From positions 186,001 to 228,980 of the forward strand of contig RSEE01000099.1 in assembly GCA_003971905.1 (NCBI GenBank): a stretch of 42,980 nt of DNA, read 5' to 3'. The DNA comes from Moniliella sp. 'wahieum'. Lineage: Eukaryota. Positions 19,031-32,103 of the stretch are shown here, one piece after another. The notes under the pieces were generated by a model. That model saw only the letters and a program-made list of their open reading frames with translations. It made no database searches and was not told where the DNA came from. The first letter of the stretch is position 1. Each line of letters opens with the position of its first letter. The position numbers and the translations under genes were made by a program.

Positions 19031-20158
19031 CTACTTGGTCCGCTTGTACACCTTGTGCAGGAACACGGTGAACACCGCCGGCTTGAGCACCGGCGTGGCC
19101 GACGGCGCATCGGGGAACTGCTGGATCCCCCGTAATCTTGTCGTACGACGCCTGCTCGTACGCCTCAAACTTGGCCTTGACATCCACATTCGCGCGGTGA
19201 ACACTGCCTTGACCTTGGCCTCTGCCGCCGCGTCTTCCGCCCATAGTTGGCGTCCAGCACCGCACGCTGCTCGGGCGTGGCGTGGGCCAGGGCAGTGTTG
19301 ATGACCCAGGAACACTTGTTGTCCTGGATGTCCGTCCCAATCTTGCCCAGCACTCGGGCGGAGCGTACGCATCCAAGTAGTCGTCCTGCACCTGGAAGTA
19401 CTCCCCCAGCGGCAGCAGGATCTCCAGCGCCGCCTTGTACTGCGCCTCGTCCTGCACCCCAGCCAGGCGCGCGCGAGCGCAACCGGAAGGTAGAACGAGT
19501 AGAACGCCGTCTTGTACACGATCAGATGGTGCCTACCTCTGTGTCAGCACACACCCGCCATAGCACAGGAAAAAAACAAAGGGGGAGGGACGCACTTGTG
19601 CAGACTAAACTTGTCCAGGTCCACATGGTCTTCGGGTGCGGTGAGCAGGTCGATGAGCTGGCCCAGTTCCGTTTGGAACGTCACATCATGGAACAGCTCG
19701 AGGAAATCGACATAGGCGGCGTGCTGGCGGAAATGCTTCTTGAGCAAAAAGTAGATCGCACCCTCGAGCATAAACGCATCGTTGATCGCAATCTCGCCGA
19801 CCTTGTCGACGCGGTACCAGCACGGCTGGCCGCGCCGCGTGACCGATTTGTCCATCATGTCATCTGCCACGAGGAAGTAGGCCTGGAGCAACTCGATGCA
19901 CCACCCCAGGATGGCCGCGGGCGTGTACTCCGCTTCGGGCAGGTCCAGCGCCGACGCACGGCCGGTAATGATCGCATATGTCCACCACACTCAGGCCCCG
20001 GTTGAGCTTGCCGCCAGGCGTGTTGTAGTTGAGGTTGTCCTCAAACCAGCTGATCGCCGTCTCGGGGAACCCTTGAGCGCGCACGTACTCGCTCAACTCC
20101 TTCACCAGCGTGGGGAACACGGCTCAAACCGCGCACGTACAGCTGCCTTGTCTGCCAT
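19031..20158 (-). CDS. ERG20: Farnesyl diphosphate synthase; 1 intron; frameshifted
   Basis: [31 protein letters not shown] (FARM), [39 protein letters not shown] (SARM), [14 protein letters not shown]-terminal KVYKRTK. Intron 19533-19595. Confidence 0.97.
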
Positions 20159-20666
20159 CTTGTTTGCTACACCGCGCTTGCGAGGGCGAGAGCGAGGTGG
20201 GGATGGGGTGGTGGTGGTAGGCCAGGTGGCAGGCGCCACGCGCCGCGCAATGAGCACATCCCGCCACACTGCCCCTGCCCCCCGCCGCCGATCTTCCACC
20301 TTGGCCGCTCCACACTTCCGCTCGCGCTCCGCGCCATTTCCGCCCCCGCCCCCCACCCTTGCGCCTGGGCCGCTGCGGGGTCACGGGATCTATGGATGGC
20401 CAACGCTGTCTCCTTGCTCGTGTCCAGGCCAAGCATCCTACCCTGGCGACGCTGCCGGCGGGGCCATCCGAGTTCATTCATCATTCCCTTCGCGGAACGA
20501 GGCAAGGGCCAAGTGGTCCTCCCAAGGAACTTTGAAATCACCACATCATTGGATTGAAAAGAAGGAAGAGAGTGGGTCAGAGCGTATCGTAACGACACGC
20601 AGGACGAAGAGTCGCCTTGCGGCAGCTGCACCTGCGGGATGTTGTGTCTGCTCCCTGATGAGGCGC

Positions 20667-21607
20667 TTAGATCACAATCTTCTTCTTCCTCGACTTCTTT
20701 TCCGAGTCGTCGTGGCTCTGGAACTCGACCTCGGTGCCGTAGTGGTTGGAAACCAGGCGTTCGTCAAAGGAGGTATCGAGACAGTGGACTTTAAAGTTGC
20801 GTCCAATGTCCATCAACTTGTCTCCCACCTTGCCCTCTACCGCCTCCTCCTCCTCCTCCGACAGTGCACGCCGCGTCCAGATCGCAATCCGGTAAAACTG
20901 CGGTCGAGCAGCCAGCAGAACGCCCGTCACCAACGATTCTTCCCCGGCCGCGCGTTCCTGGTCCAGCGATGGCACAGCACGCTCCCCAGGGGGGTAGGGT
21001 ACCTCGAGCGTTTCCCCAATCGCAGCCAACATGGTGTGAGCCAATACCGGTCCACGTTCGGACCATGTTTCTTATCGCCGCGGCTGAACTGGAAACTCCA
21101 CTTGCCGCCCTTCTCGTTGGCCGGGTCTTCCCACATAGGCTTGATGTTGTCTTTGAACAAGTAGTAGTTGGCCTTTGGAGGAAGCGAGGACGCAGGACAA
21201 TGTTGTTGTACAGTCTGGCAAGGGGAGCAGAGGGGAAAAGCGTTAGTGGGAGATCGAGGAAGCCACAAAGGCGGGGGCGGGAGGGGAGGCAAGGGACAGT
21301 CGAAGGACACGACCTACCCCCAAAACTCCTCGACAGTGTCGATATCCACCACACGGTTCAGCCCTTCGCCCCAATTGTTCCTGGTGGACTTGGAGAGGTG
21401 GCCCTGCTGGGTGGGGTTGTCGAACCAGAGCGTCCAGCGCGACGCGAGCGGATGCTTGCCCTCGCTGTCGGGCTCAGCAAAGGCAGGGGCGCCCTCGGCA
21501 CCCTGGGCGCCAGTAGCCTGGTCGCTTCCGAGAGGAGCCGACTTGACAGCGGCAAGCGCCTCCTTGGACGCCTGCACCACCGCAGCGGGCGCGTGAGTGT
21601 CGGTCAT
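20667..21607 (-). CDS. Translation initiation factor eIF4E (cap-binding protein); 1 intron; frameshifted
   Basis: HPLASRWTLWFD, TVEEFWGLYNNI, YYLFKDNIKPMWEDPANEKGGKW, RIAIWT, EFQSHDD; the conserved Trp set is present. Intron 21215-21317. The paralogue cannot be assigned. Confidence 0.94.
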
Positions 21608-23767
21608 GGAGCGCGAAAATCAACGGCGGATGGTGGAGCCGAGAGCGATGCATCACAGCTTCGACAGAGGTCTGTGCACCCGACCAACCCTAGCCCCCGC
21701 GCTGGGGAATGGGTAGTGGTAGTGGGGGGTAGGTAGGGTTGGTAATTCCACCGGCCCAAGCCAGCGCAACACTGGCCGTGTGCGGCTCCATGATGCGCTC
21801 CCTCCATTCCGCCGCTTGAAGCGTGAAGCTTGACGTGGGCTCACCGGTGCTCGCGGGAGCGCGGCTCAAGTGGGGCAATCCAGCGGGAGGCCTTCGATCC
21901 TCCACCCGAAGCGTACCGTTCATCAAGTTCAGTCATTCATCATTGCTCTCCTGGCTCAGGCGGATGCGTTTGGTCACGGCCCAGGCAGGACAGCCAGCCC
22001 GCCAAGCCTGGGCAGGCATAGCAGCACCAGGGAGCGCCCGCGCAGCCCAACTGCACTATCCGTTTCCATCCCTCTGCGACACACAGGCATTGCCAGGATG
22101 GCCTTCCGCTCGCCACCACCCAACTATATTGAAGCCGTCCCCACCGTGCCCTCACACAGCGCGGCAGGGGAGAGCGTAATGCGCATCGCGGGAATGAGGG
22201 CGGGGAACCGTACAGGGGGCAGGCCTCCCTTCCAGCCGATATCGGTTGCACATCATCCCGCTCTCCACCCCGCCCTTCCCGCCCACATCTCCGCCTTGGC
22301 GCGCCCACAGCACACAGCCATTTTGGTCCATTTTAGCCATCCATCATCTCCGCCACCCAGTACATGAGTCAGATGCACAACAGGTCTTCCAACTACTCCG
22401 TCGGATTGCTTCCCGACACCCCATAGAGTCAACCAACCAGATCGCACATGATATTATGGCGAGGGGGAGGGAAATGGAGCCCAACCCGGATATATCCTGC
22501 AACCTGATCAGAGGTCATTCTGGCCAGAACGGTCGGGTTTATATGTTGATGCCACGCATTCCTGTAGCTCGTGGACGAAAGCTATATGATTGGGCTCCAT
22601 CCGCAACAGGCGCTCCTTGCCCGTTTATCGAACTTGAGTCATCTAGCCTCATCTCGTGGGTCTCAAAAATGGAGAGCGCGTCATCGACAGTTCTCGTTCA
22701 AGGTTCGTGTGCGGTTTGTCATGCGCCAGATCAACTGCACAGTCATAGCCAATCCAGCAAGTGCGCTCTGGCGACCAAACCAAATGCGTTTCCATCACGG
22801 TACATTTGTTTGTTCTAGATCTTCTTTCCCCCTCTTTGTGCGGCCGGCGATCTGAATCGACGGTAGCACACAGAAGAAGCATGTAAGAACCGTCAATCCA
22901 ACGTACACCCATCGCAGCATCATGTTGTGGATGATCTAGTTCGCAAACAAAACAAGTCTGCTTGAGCGCGCGCACAAAAAGGAATGACCATCCCATCATT
23001 TGCACCATGCATCGTCATTGCAAACTGTCCAATTTCTGTGGGGCACGCAGCTAGAGTTGCGGATGCCAGTGAGAGCACCGACAGGACCGAAGGGTGAGGT
23101 CTGAGTGGAGAGGGGACTTTTTGTACCGTCCCATTCCACCAGCTCACACTACCTTCTCGGTCCAGGAAAGCGATTTTGAGTAGATCCCCTGCAGCTCATG
23201 TACATGAGCGTACTGGGATTGTTGTCTCTGCTGATGGATGCGACTCAGGGCATCACTGTGTACGGTCTGTTTTTTCGGGAGAGATAGAGGGAAGAGTTAC
23301 CAGTCCCCAAGCAATAAGTTATGCTTTCGGGCGACCTACCAGCACATGTGCACATGGACCTAGTCGACTTAGCATCGAGCTCGACTGTGGCGCCACTCTG
23401 GTGTACCAGTGGCGTCGGTAGCCAAGCCCGGAACCTTCGGGTTCATTCCTTGCAACAATCTTCTTCCTGGCGGACAGGAATATTCTCTAGCCTCTATAGC
23501 TCATGTGCAATGTAATACACCATCAAACACCTGCTCTCTGTGGTCTTCTACATGGGCCACCCGCCATGTATCGGACGGCGAGGCAAGCGCCCATCTAGAC
23601 ATAACGGATAACCCGCGTGATCGATCCCATCAATCGTATCCCTTCTCCCCTGCGCTCCCGCAGTGTCAGGGGTTTGACAAGCATGCATACGACTATCGTC
23701 AGTTTTTCATACGTTCATCCAGCACCGACCGTCCTGGCTTTTTTCCGGTTATCGGGTACTGGGTCTC

Positions 23768-23795
23768 GGTTACCAGTTACCGGTTACCGGTTACC
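23768..23795. repeat. Heptamer tandem repeat (GGTTACC)x4, one variant unit
   Basis: GGTTACC AGTTACC GGTTACC GGTTACC. Confidence 0.85.
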
Positions 23796-24014
23796 CCGCT
23801 ACAAGGATCAACGTATCGTTTCTCCCGACCCAAGGGGAAAAGAGACGTTCCTAAAAGGAGTGTGATGCGGTGACTAACCTGCATCTCGAGGTCACACTCT
23901 TATAGTAGTCACCACTATATCTATAGGAGACGATTCAATTGACTATATCGATTAGTGACTATAGTTACTGCTACTAAGTACTAACTATCTGTGTTCTGTG
24001 TTTTCCGTTTTGTT

Positions 24015-24042
24015 GGTTACTAGTTACTAGTTACTAGTTACT
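24015..24042. repeat. Heptamer tandem repeat (AGTTACT)x4, one variant unit
   Basis: GGTTACT AGTTACT AGTTACT AGTTACT. Confidence 0.85.
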
Positions 24043-25257
24043 CCCCCCCCTCCCCCCCGCCCGCTTCTTCACCGAACCCAAGAGAGGGGGTGGTGGTATC
24101 GAGACGAAGGTGACGACGAACGACGAAAAAGTTCAACGTTCAACTGAACGTTCAGTACCAGTGTTCAGTTGAGTTGACCGTTCGGTGAACTTGTCCGTTG
24201 AACGTGAGCGCGTGAGCCAAGCAAGGAATGGGAAAGCCGGGAATGCATCCTGCGAAACGCACAACGCGCAATGGAGAAACAGGTCATGGGTCACGGTGGT
24301 TGGTGGTGGTGTGCGACAAGGCCCGAGACGGTTCGACGTTGTTCGGTGCCGCTTGCAATCCGGGTCAAGACGCGCGGGCGTTGCATAAGCTGCTGGCTGC
24401 CTTCGGCCGTTACGCGTTACAGGCAAAGGAACATGTCCGGCTGGTTTGGACTGTGACGTGGTGACGTGGTGACATGCATGTGACCAGGCGATTTGTGGAT
24501 GGGTCGATGGGCATGCAACGGTGGGATACCGCGGCAGGAAAAAAACGGCGGTAATGGAGGTGATCGGGTGATCGGTAACCGGTACCCGATCCTCCGATCC
24601 TCCGGGCAACCGTAGACCGTAGGCGCCGGTTCGGCATCCAGGACGCCGCGGCGGCACTGCCGGCACGCCAGGCACGCCCTGCAGCCACGGCGCGAAGAGT
24701 GAACGTTTGGCAAGCTGATCCGGACATGATCCGGACATTAGCACGGGCATTGATTGGCATGCCGGTTGAGTTGATGCGTGACACTGCATGCGACGTTGAA
24801 CAGTTGAGCGTTGTTTTAAACGTTCAACGTGGATGCGTCGCGCACTAGTCCATGGGTACTGGAGGGCCAGTGGGCGCAGAGGGAGTGGGCCGCTAGATCT
24901 GCGATCGGACAGGACGCAGGACCGAGGACGCTGGATGTGACAGCTAAGGCTTAGCGCTTGCCTGGGCTTGGCGCTTGGATGGCTTGGCGTTGTGGCTGCC
25001 GCCGTGGCTGGCGCTGGGCCAGGGCCAGCTGCTGGAGGAACAGGGGGATCCGCGGACATGGACGGCGTTAAGGGGGTGGACACGTGACGCGTGCACCGAG
25101 GGTGGGTGGGGCTGCGGTGCGGCAGCTGCGGCTGCGTGCTGCGTGCTGCGTGCTGCGGCTGCGCGCCGCGGCTGCGAGCTGCAGGGCACAGCAGATGCTC
25201 ACCCATCGGCCATACCCTGCATACTCTGCACACCACAGCGCATGTCAGCATGTCAGG

Positions 25258-25292
25258 CATGATGCATGATGCATGATGCATGATGCATGATG
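25258..25292. repeat. Heptamer tandem repeat (CATGATG)x5
   Basis: Five perfect copies. Confidence 0.9.
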
Positions 25293-25795
25293 TGACGGGG
25301 CATGTGACGGCCACCTGGCCTCCGTTTCCAAGTCACGCGTCACGCGTCACTCGTCATGCGTCCGGCCGGCAGGCATGCGGCATGCATGCCAACGCGGCCG
25401 ACGCCACACGGGCTGCCGCCCAGGAGCGCAGTACGTTAGCTAAGCGCCACGCCCCGAGCACCCACCACAGTTGCAACCCAGCCGTCGGACCTGGCAGCTG
25501 GTGCCTGTGCTTGCGCCGCGCCCTCGCGTCGGCAGCCTCGGCTGAAAAAGAGGCGCTGCCCGGCCAGTGTCCAGCGTCGTTTGCCCAGCCTCGTCCGGCC
25601 ACCGCGGCGGGGCAGGCGGAGCAGCAGCCCGCAGTCGCAGCCCGCAGCACTGCTCGCGTGCAAGCAGCCGCGGAGCGCTCGGCATCTTTCTTGTCAGGCT
25701 GGCAACTCGTACTAGTACCTCGTAGTTACTGACTCTGCGCAGCCACCGCCATCCGCCATCCTCCATCCCTTCTCTTGCTTCCCACCCCCACCACC

Positions 25796-28387
25796 ATGCC
25801 CGACGTCAGCGACACCGCCTACGACCCCCCCGCCGGCCCCCTTGCCCGCGCCGTCGCCCACGGCATCGCCCGCCTCACCCAGGCCGTCCAGCCTGCCCCG
25901 CGCCACTTTGGCTGGCACGCCCGGCCCCAGGTCGCCGCGTATGCGCGCGAGTATGCGGCCTGCTGCCAGTCCTACGCCGCCCCAGCAGCCTCCGCCGCTT
26001 CACCTCCTCCATCCCTCTCTCTCCAGCACCTCCCCCTCCCTCCTCTCCCAGTCCGACGCCGACCACAGCCACCGCCATCCCGACGACGACGACGACGACA
26101 GCGCCGACGACGACAGCGGCCACGCTGCCACCCTGACCCAGCCCCCGCGCCGTCCCCCTCCCCTCCCCTCCGCACATCCACCCCTGCTTCCGCTGCCCTC
26201 CCCCCCACCACTGCTACCCCCGTGTCCGCTGCCAAGCAAGCTGCCGGTCCCAACCAACTCACCTTCACCCTCTCCCCAGAGCAGTCCCCGTGCAGTCCCG
26301 GTGCAGTCCCCAGTGCAGCCCCATCCATCCCACCCCACCCCCTTGGCGCGCCCGCGTGTGCACTCATGACTCGCATTGCCTCCTGGTCTGCGCGCGCTCG
26401 CCCACGCCCCCCTGTCCCCACACCCGTGCATCCACTGCGCCGGCCGACCAGGCCCAAGCGCAACCGCCCTGGGAGTCTCGGGGCCTCCCTCTACCCCTTT
26501 GTCTGCCCCCCTGCCTCCCGTTCGGTCCAACTCATGTTCTCCCTCCTGCGTGCCAAGCCAGCCGCCTCGCTTTTCCCAGCCCCTGCGGCGCGCAGCTCGG
26601 CCGAACCAGCCACCAGCCCCAAGCGCGTCAAGGTGGTTGTACGGCACAAGCCCACTGGCGGGGCGAGTACCCTTACTTTCTTGGCCAACAGTTGTTGTCG
26701 GCACCGAACCAGCTCGCCCTTTGCCCACCCCTCCCGTGCCCCCCGTGCAGGCTTCGGGACCTACACCGTCTCCTCTTGCTGCCGCTGCGCTCCCGAGCCC
26801 ATCAGCAGCGGGGCCCCCACCCCGTGTCTCGGTCTCCGATTCCTCCGAGCCCAGTTCCCGCCGTCTCTCTCTCTCTGCCATTCGCCGTTCCATCCAGATC
26901 CGTGCTCCCTCGCTGTCGCCCCGATGGCACCGGTGCGCATCGTCTCTCCTTCCCTTCCGCCTCCGCCTCCGCCTCTGCCTCTGCCTCCGCTCCGCCCCCG
27001 CCAGCAGCACCAACGGTAGCCAGCCCGCCTCCTGCACCAGGTGTGCGCAAACGTCCGACGTGGGCCATGCGGTGGTCGCTGGATGGGCGGTACGTTGCGA
27101 TGGCTGGAGAAGATGGGACGGTGTACATTTACGCCGTCAAGGGCGCGGTGGGGAGCCCGAGGTGCTTGCGCTGGGGGCTCCCAGGCTCGGATCCGGCCTC
27201 GTCCGTGCCCGGCCTTCTGCCCCACGATGCACGGAGTGTGTTGCAACCGCACCCTGTGCGGCGTCTGCGTGAGCACACGGGCGCCATCCTCGACCTAGCA
27301 TGGAGCAAGAACGGGTTCTTGGCGTCGTGCTCGTTGGACCGGACCGTGCGCCTGTGGCATCCCAAAGCGGCGCGGTGTCTCGCGTGTTTACGCACGCCGA
27401 CTTGGTTGCCGGCGTCACCTTTCACCCCAAGGACGAGCGTTTCTGCTCTCGGCCTCGCTCGACGGCAGGATGGTGATCTGGAACATCCCTGCTCGCCAAG
27501 TGCACTATTCCGCCAAAGTGCCCGGTCTTCCTACGGCCGTCTCGTTCAGTGCGTCGGGGCAGGACGTGCTGGTGGGCACGTTTGAGGGCCACGTGCAGTA
27601 TCGGACGGACGGAGAAGTTGCAAGTCGTCAGCTCGGACCGCGTGGCCCGGGGCAAAGTCACCGGCATCGAGCCGCTCGGCCCTGATACCGTTTTGATCAG
27701 TGCCAACGATTCGCGTATCCGGGTGTGGGACGTACGTGGTCGTCGTCTTGCTGCGCCCGAACTGCGCTCCAGCATGTACCTCAACAACCAGACCCAAATT
27801 CGTGCCAGCCTGCCGCCCGATGGCCGCGTCGCGTCTCGGGCTCCGAGGACGGCAAAGTGTTCCTATTTGACCTACCGGCCGCTACGTCTTCCTCTGCCTC
27901 GCCCGGGCCCGAAGACAAGGACAAGGACAACCAACCGACACAAACCCCGACAAAGAACGAGACAGTGGCTGCAAACGAAAAGAACGCCAACCACAACCGC
28001 CATATGCGATGTGGACCGCGTCCGCGACCAAGGCAGCCATCAGGTGCCGTCATGGCGCCACTGAGCACGTCCGACTGGCTCCGGCGCGCTGGCGACCCGG
28101 TGCTTGCGCCCGGTCGGATCGTGCTCACTGCCGATGCGGAGGGCACGCTGCGTGTGTGGCGCGCCGAGGGCGGTGCGGACGCCGAGGCGCCAAGCCAGCC
28201 TGCTCCCCCCGACCACGTCTTGCCCATGCCTCGTCCCTCGGCGACAGGGCGAGGGCGCACGCCAACTCGGTCGCCTCCCCGTCGTCCCCCATCGTCGGTG
28301 GTGGTGGCGGTACCGCCCCGGCCCTCACTGCGTCCCCTGTCTTGCTTCGTCCCTTGGTCCGCTAAGCGCGAGGAGCTCCTGGAGTGA
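25796..28387 (+). CDS. WD40-repeat protein, WDR44 / yeast DGR2-YMR102C-like; frameshifted; ends approximate
   Basis: Long low-complexity N-terminus, then WAMRWSLDGRYVAMAGEDGTVYIY, HTGAILDLAWSKNGFLASCSLDRTVRLWH, FHPKDERF, KVTGIE..VLISANDSRIRVWD, QIRAS..SGSEDGKVFLFD, IVLTADAEGTLRVW. This matches the WDR44 family pattern. Confidence 0.85.
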
Positions 28388-31300
28388 GGGGTACTTCCCT
28401 CGCTTGGTGGGTTGTTGCTGCCCCGGTCCGCTTCCTCTTCTTGTTTTGGGTTCTGTTCTTTTGACCTTGCCTTGGGTTTGGCGGTCTGCTCGGCGCTCCC
28501 GGCCCGGTTCTGGCTACCCCATTGCCCGCATTTCGTCGTGTCGGATCGTGTGCAGGACCGGACGGGCTCGGTAGTCGGCAAGGCTCGCCTTGGATCGCTT
28601 CCCGCCCTCTTGTCCCTTGTCATGTTGCCACTTGTCACTTGTCATTTGGCACCGATTTACTCTATATTCTCCCCTCTCCACTTCTCACCTCTCATCTGTC
28701 ATTTCTCATTTTCTCACCTCTCACTCCTCCGACTTTCTTCATCCACTTGCTGTGTTCCTCCCTGGCATCACTGCTCTTGTCTGCTCGCTGCACGCACGCA
28801 TCGGTTACCGGGGTACGGGTACGGCGTACGTACCCCGACCCCCCTTCCCTCGTCCTCCCCTCGGTCTTCCCCTCGGTCTCTCCCTCAGTCCCCCTGGGCC
28901 CCTGTATCGGTCCCTGCCTCGGTCCCCGTCGGCCCCGCACTACCAACTACCCAATGTATTTTTGCTGCATACTCTCTCTTGAATCGAATTCAGCTGTAGC
29001 TACGCTACCACGCTACGGCCGATTGCACGTGTAAGGGCACGATAGGAAACAGCCAGAGATAGCTTCATCTAAGCTCCTTCATCGATCATCCTGCATCCTG
29101 ACGCTAGTCCCACCTTAGCTTGAGTGCAGCAGGGAGAACAGCATTGAGCAGGGAACGAGGCGCGACGGTCCCCAATCCCGACGCGCGTCGCGGACTCTGA
29201 TGCATCACATGTACACCCATGTCACACCAAGTGGTGACATGCGTGTCACGGCATCACATGCCACCACACTCCCACCGAGGAGGCTCGAGCCACGTGACGT
29301 GTCCCCAACCACTAAACGCAACCAACCCATCCAACTGTCCACCCAAACCACCCGAGCCTTGTCTAGGCCGCAATCCTTACACATTGGGCGCGGTCGCGGC
29401 GCGGGGTGGGTGAGAGGAGGAATGGTTTTGCAAGTGGGGACCCTACTAGTACTGTACTCGTCCTCTCTCGATCGGTTAAAGACCAGGGAGAGCAGCAGTT
29501 GATGGTGTATTGCACTGCACATGCGCTCCAGAGGCTAGGCATTGCGGGAGGCGAGCAAAGCGGGGGGCAGCGGGGTGGGGACGTAATCGGCGCGAGGCGG
29601 CCTGGGCACAACGGGGCGGAACGAGGGCCGCCGCGCACATGAATATTCCGGCGCGCCAGGGAAGAATATGCGAGGAGAAGAAACCGAAGGTTCGGTGGGC
29701 TGCCGGCGCCACTGCACCAGTGTGGCGTCCCACCACCACGCGGGACTCAGTACTCACTAGCCACTAACCATTATTCACTCCGGAGGCCATGGAATGCAGC
29801 CAGCCAGCTGGCCGCGCCGCAGCAGCACCACTTCCGACCCCACCCCTTTCTATTGCCGGGCGGGCCTAGTCGATGCGCGTGAGGCGCCCACCACCCGGTT
29901 AACCCTACCGCCCCGCTGCGCCCACTCTCCCGCCCCCCCGTGCAGCATCTGCACACTGGCCTGCTCTGCGCCGACGTTCAATATCAGGTATGCAGGCAGA
30001 GCGCAAAACCCTATCTCCCGATGGCCGCGCGTGGCCAGTGCACACACACTGCCACCGTGCGCACTGGGACCGCCTGCGGGCTCTACACTAGCGCCATGGG
30101 GAGGCCTGCGCGCGCGTCGTCTGCGCTGCCAGTCCAGTCGCTCGATAAAAGGATGCCCCCCCCGCCGTGGGCCACTTTCTTTTCCCCACCTATCGCCAGA
30201 GTTGCGCGCCCCCCTCCGCGCCGTGGGCGGCTGGTTGTGGGTCCATGGGGCAGCGTGCGTGGAGCAAGCCAAGTGCGCGTGCTGTCCCCCCCCGCCAGCC
30301 TCCCATGGCGGGCGCCCTCTCTCCCTTGCCAAGGCGGTCGGACCAGGCAGCGGTCAAGCGGGCGTCTGGGTGGTCGCCGGGCCTTTGTACCGGCGCTCCC
30401 ACCGGTGGCCTTCCCGTCGTCCGCTTGGGCCTTTGCCTGTGGTGAATTGTCAAGACGGCAAGACATGCCTAGATCGCATCTCTGTACATGGATGAGACGA
30501 TGTGAGGCGGCCAGCGGGAGTGCTGGTTCGCTTTTGAGGACGTGCTTTCCAGTTGTCACGGTTTATCGTTCGCCTCTTGACGCACTGGTCCAACTGTGGC
30601 GACACTCGAACGATTGATGTCGGGCGGCCCTAAAGAGAGGCTGCTGACCTGCACGGGGTCGCGTATCCCCCACTTGGATCCCTAGCATTCCCAAGCGAGT
30701 CGCGAAGTTGCGGACGCCGAAGCATGGCCATGTCTGCCCCGACCGAGGGAGCGGGATCCACGAGCATCGTTGAGTCGGCCGACGGTTGCGAACCCAAGCG
30801 ACGCAAGTGTGGTATTTTTCGTCAAACATGGGGCATGCGGCACGGTGCTTACGAGGTAGTACTGCATTGGAGCCCTGGTAATTTCGGTCGAGGTTCCTGG
30901 TCAGCCAACGTTGACTCCGTGAAAACCAGGTCTGAACTTGCTGTTATGCAAGAGTTTTGAGGGTAATCCTGCGAGGCCCAGTTGGTCCCTGGCTCCAAAA
31001 ACCCCATTGGTTCCTGGTAAGCCTAAACCAGTGCAACGATCGCAGTCTGGTAAACTGTCGAGACGTTTTGATTGTGGATCCCTCCACTTAGCCCCAAGGT
31101 ACTCCAAGCACGCCAAAAGATGCGTTAGACATTGGAACCTGTGATGCGCTCCCCCACTCTGTCCGAGAGAAGGACAGTCTTGTCGACCGTTTCCATTGCT
31201 GCTCCCACGAAACCTTGTTCTATTCCCGTTGCCCCCCGCCGACCAAGTTAACCCCGTCACGTAGGACGGAGCGAAGATGAGACTGAAACCAACGGAGCAA

Positions 31301-31909
31301 AAATCCATTCAACCAAGAAAGTTTCTCTGCCTTTTCAAGGCTCAGAAGCCTGGTTGCCTTGCCCGTCCCATCCCTGTACCCCCCCTGTTGCAAGAGCGCG
31401 ATCTGCCCGGTGCTTTGTTCCGTCCAGCGACGGCCCGGATCCGGCGCAGCCGGCCTTGTCTTGCCTTTCCTCGTCTTGATTTCTCACCTCCCCACGAGGG
31501 GTTTTTGGCCCGTTCCAATCCATTCGGACGTCGATGTTGCTCCGGTCGTTTGGCTGGTGGGACGATGTCTTTCCCCTCGTACTTTGTTGTTGTGTGCGCT
31601 TGTAGAGATAGGTAGGTTCACGTTGGGTTGCCAGGTGGAGATGTGCAAGGTTGGAGTCGAGATGGGGGCGTGGCAGGCAGGGGGACCGTTTCGCTCTGGA
31701 TGCTTGGTTGGGGCTTGGGACCAATTCTCAGAGAGTCAGTCTGTACTAGTTCATGCCGCCTCGACCCATACCTATTGCGTCTCTAAGATGGAGACGTTTG
31801 TCCCTACAGTCAAGGCCGGCGGTGGCACTGGTGACGTTCAGGTTCCGCGTCAGCTAAATTTTGGCTCTCTCATGCGGTATGTCAGTCTCCTTGCAAAGGA
31901 TGCACCCAA

Positions 31910-32003
31910 GGAGTAGTGACGCAGCGGTTAGCGGGTGAGATTGCAAATGCCCTTCTGGGGTAGCTTCCATCTTGAAGTCGTTGGTTCAAGTCCGACTACT
32001 CCT
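31910..32003 (+). tRNA. tRNA-Cys(GCA) with a 22-nt intron (31947-31968)
   Basis: Acceptor GGAGTAG..CTACTCC; A-box TGACGCAGCGG; anticodon stem TGAGA/TCTTG with GCA at 31943-31945; intron after position 37; T arm GTTGG-TTCAAGT-CCGAC; discriminator U73 (Cys identity element). One C is missing at the T-stem/acceptor junction. Confidence 0.85.
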
Positions 32004-32004
32004 C

Positions 32005-32010
32005 TTTTTT
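32005..32010 (+). terminator. RNA polymerase III terminator (T6)
   Basis: TTTTTT immediately after the tRNA 3' end. Confidence 0.75.
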
Positions 32011-32103
32011 CGGCGGGCGGCGTGCTTTGTTTCCTTTTTACTACTGTTTCGGCGAAACAGGTTGCTGCTTCAACGTTCAATATTCAACGTTCAACGTTAA
32101 TTT

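Noticed and set aside
20667..21607. Non-canonical eIF4E class
   Set aside because: All conserved Trp positions and the cap-binding WED motif are present; it looks like a class I protein.
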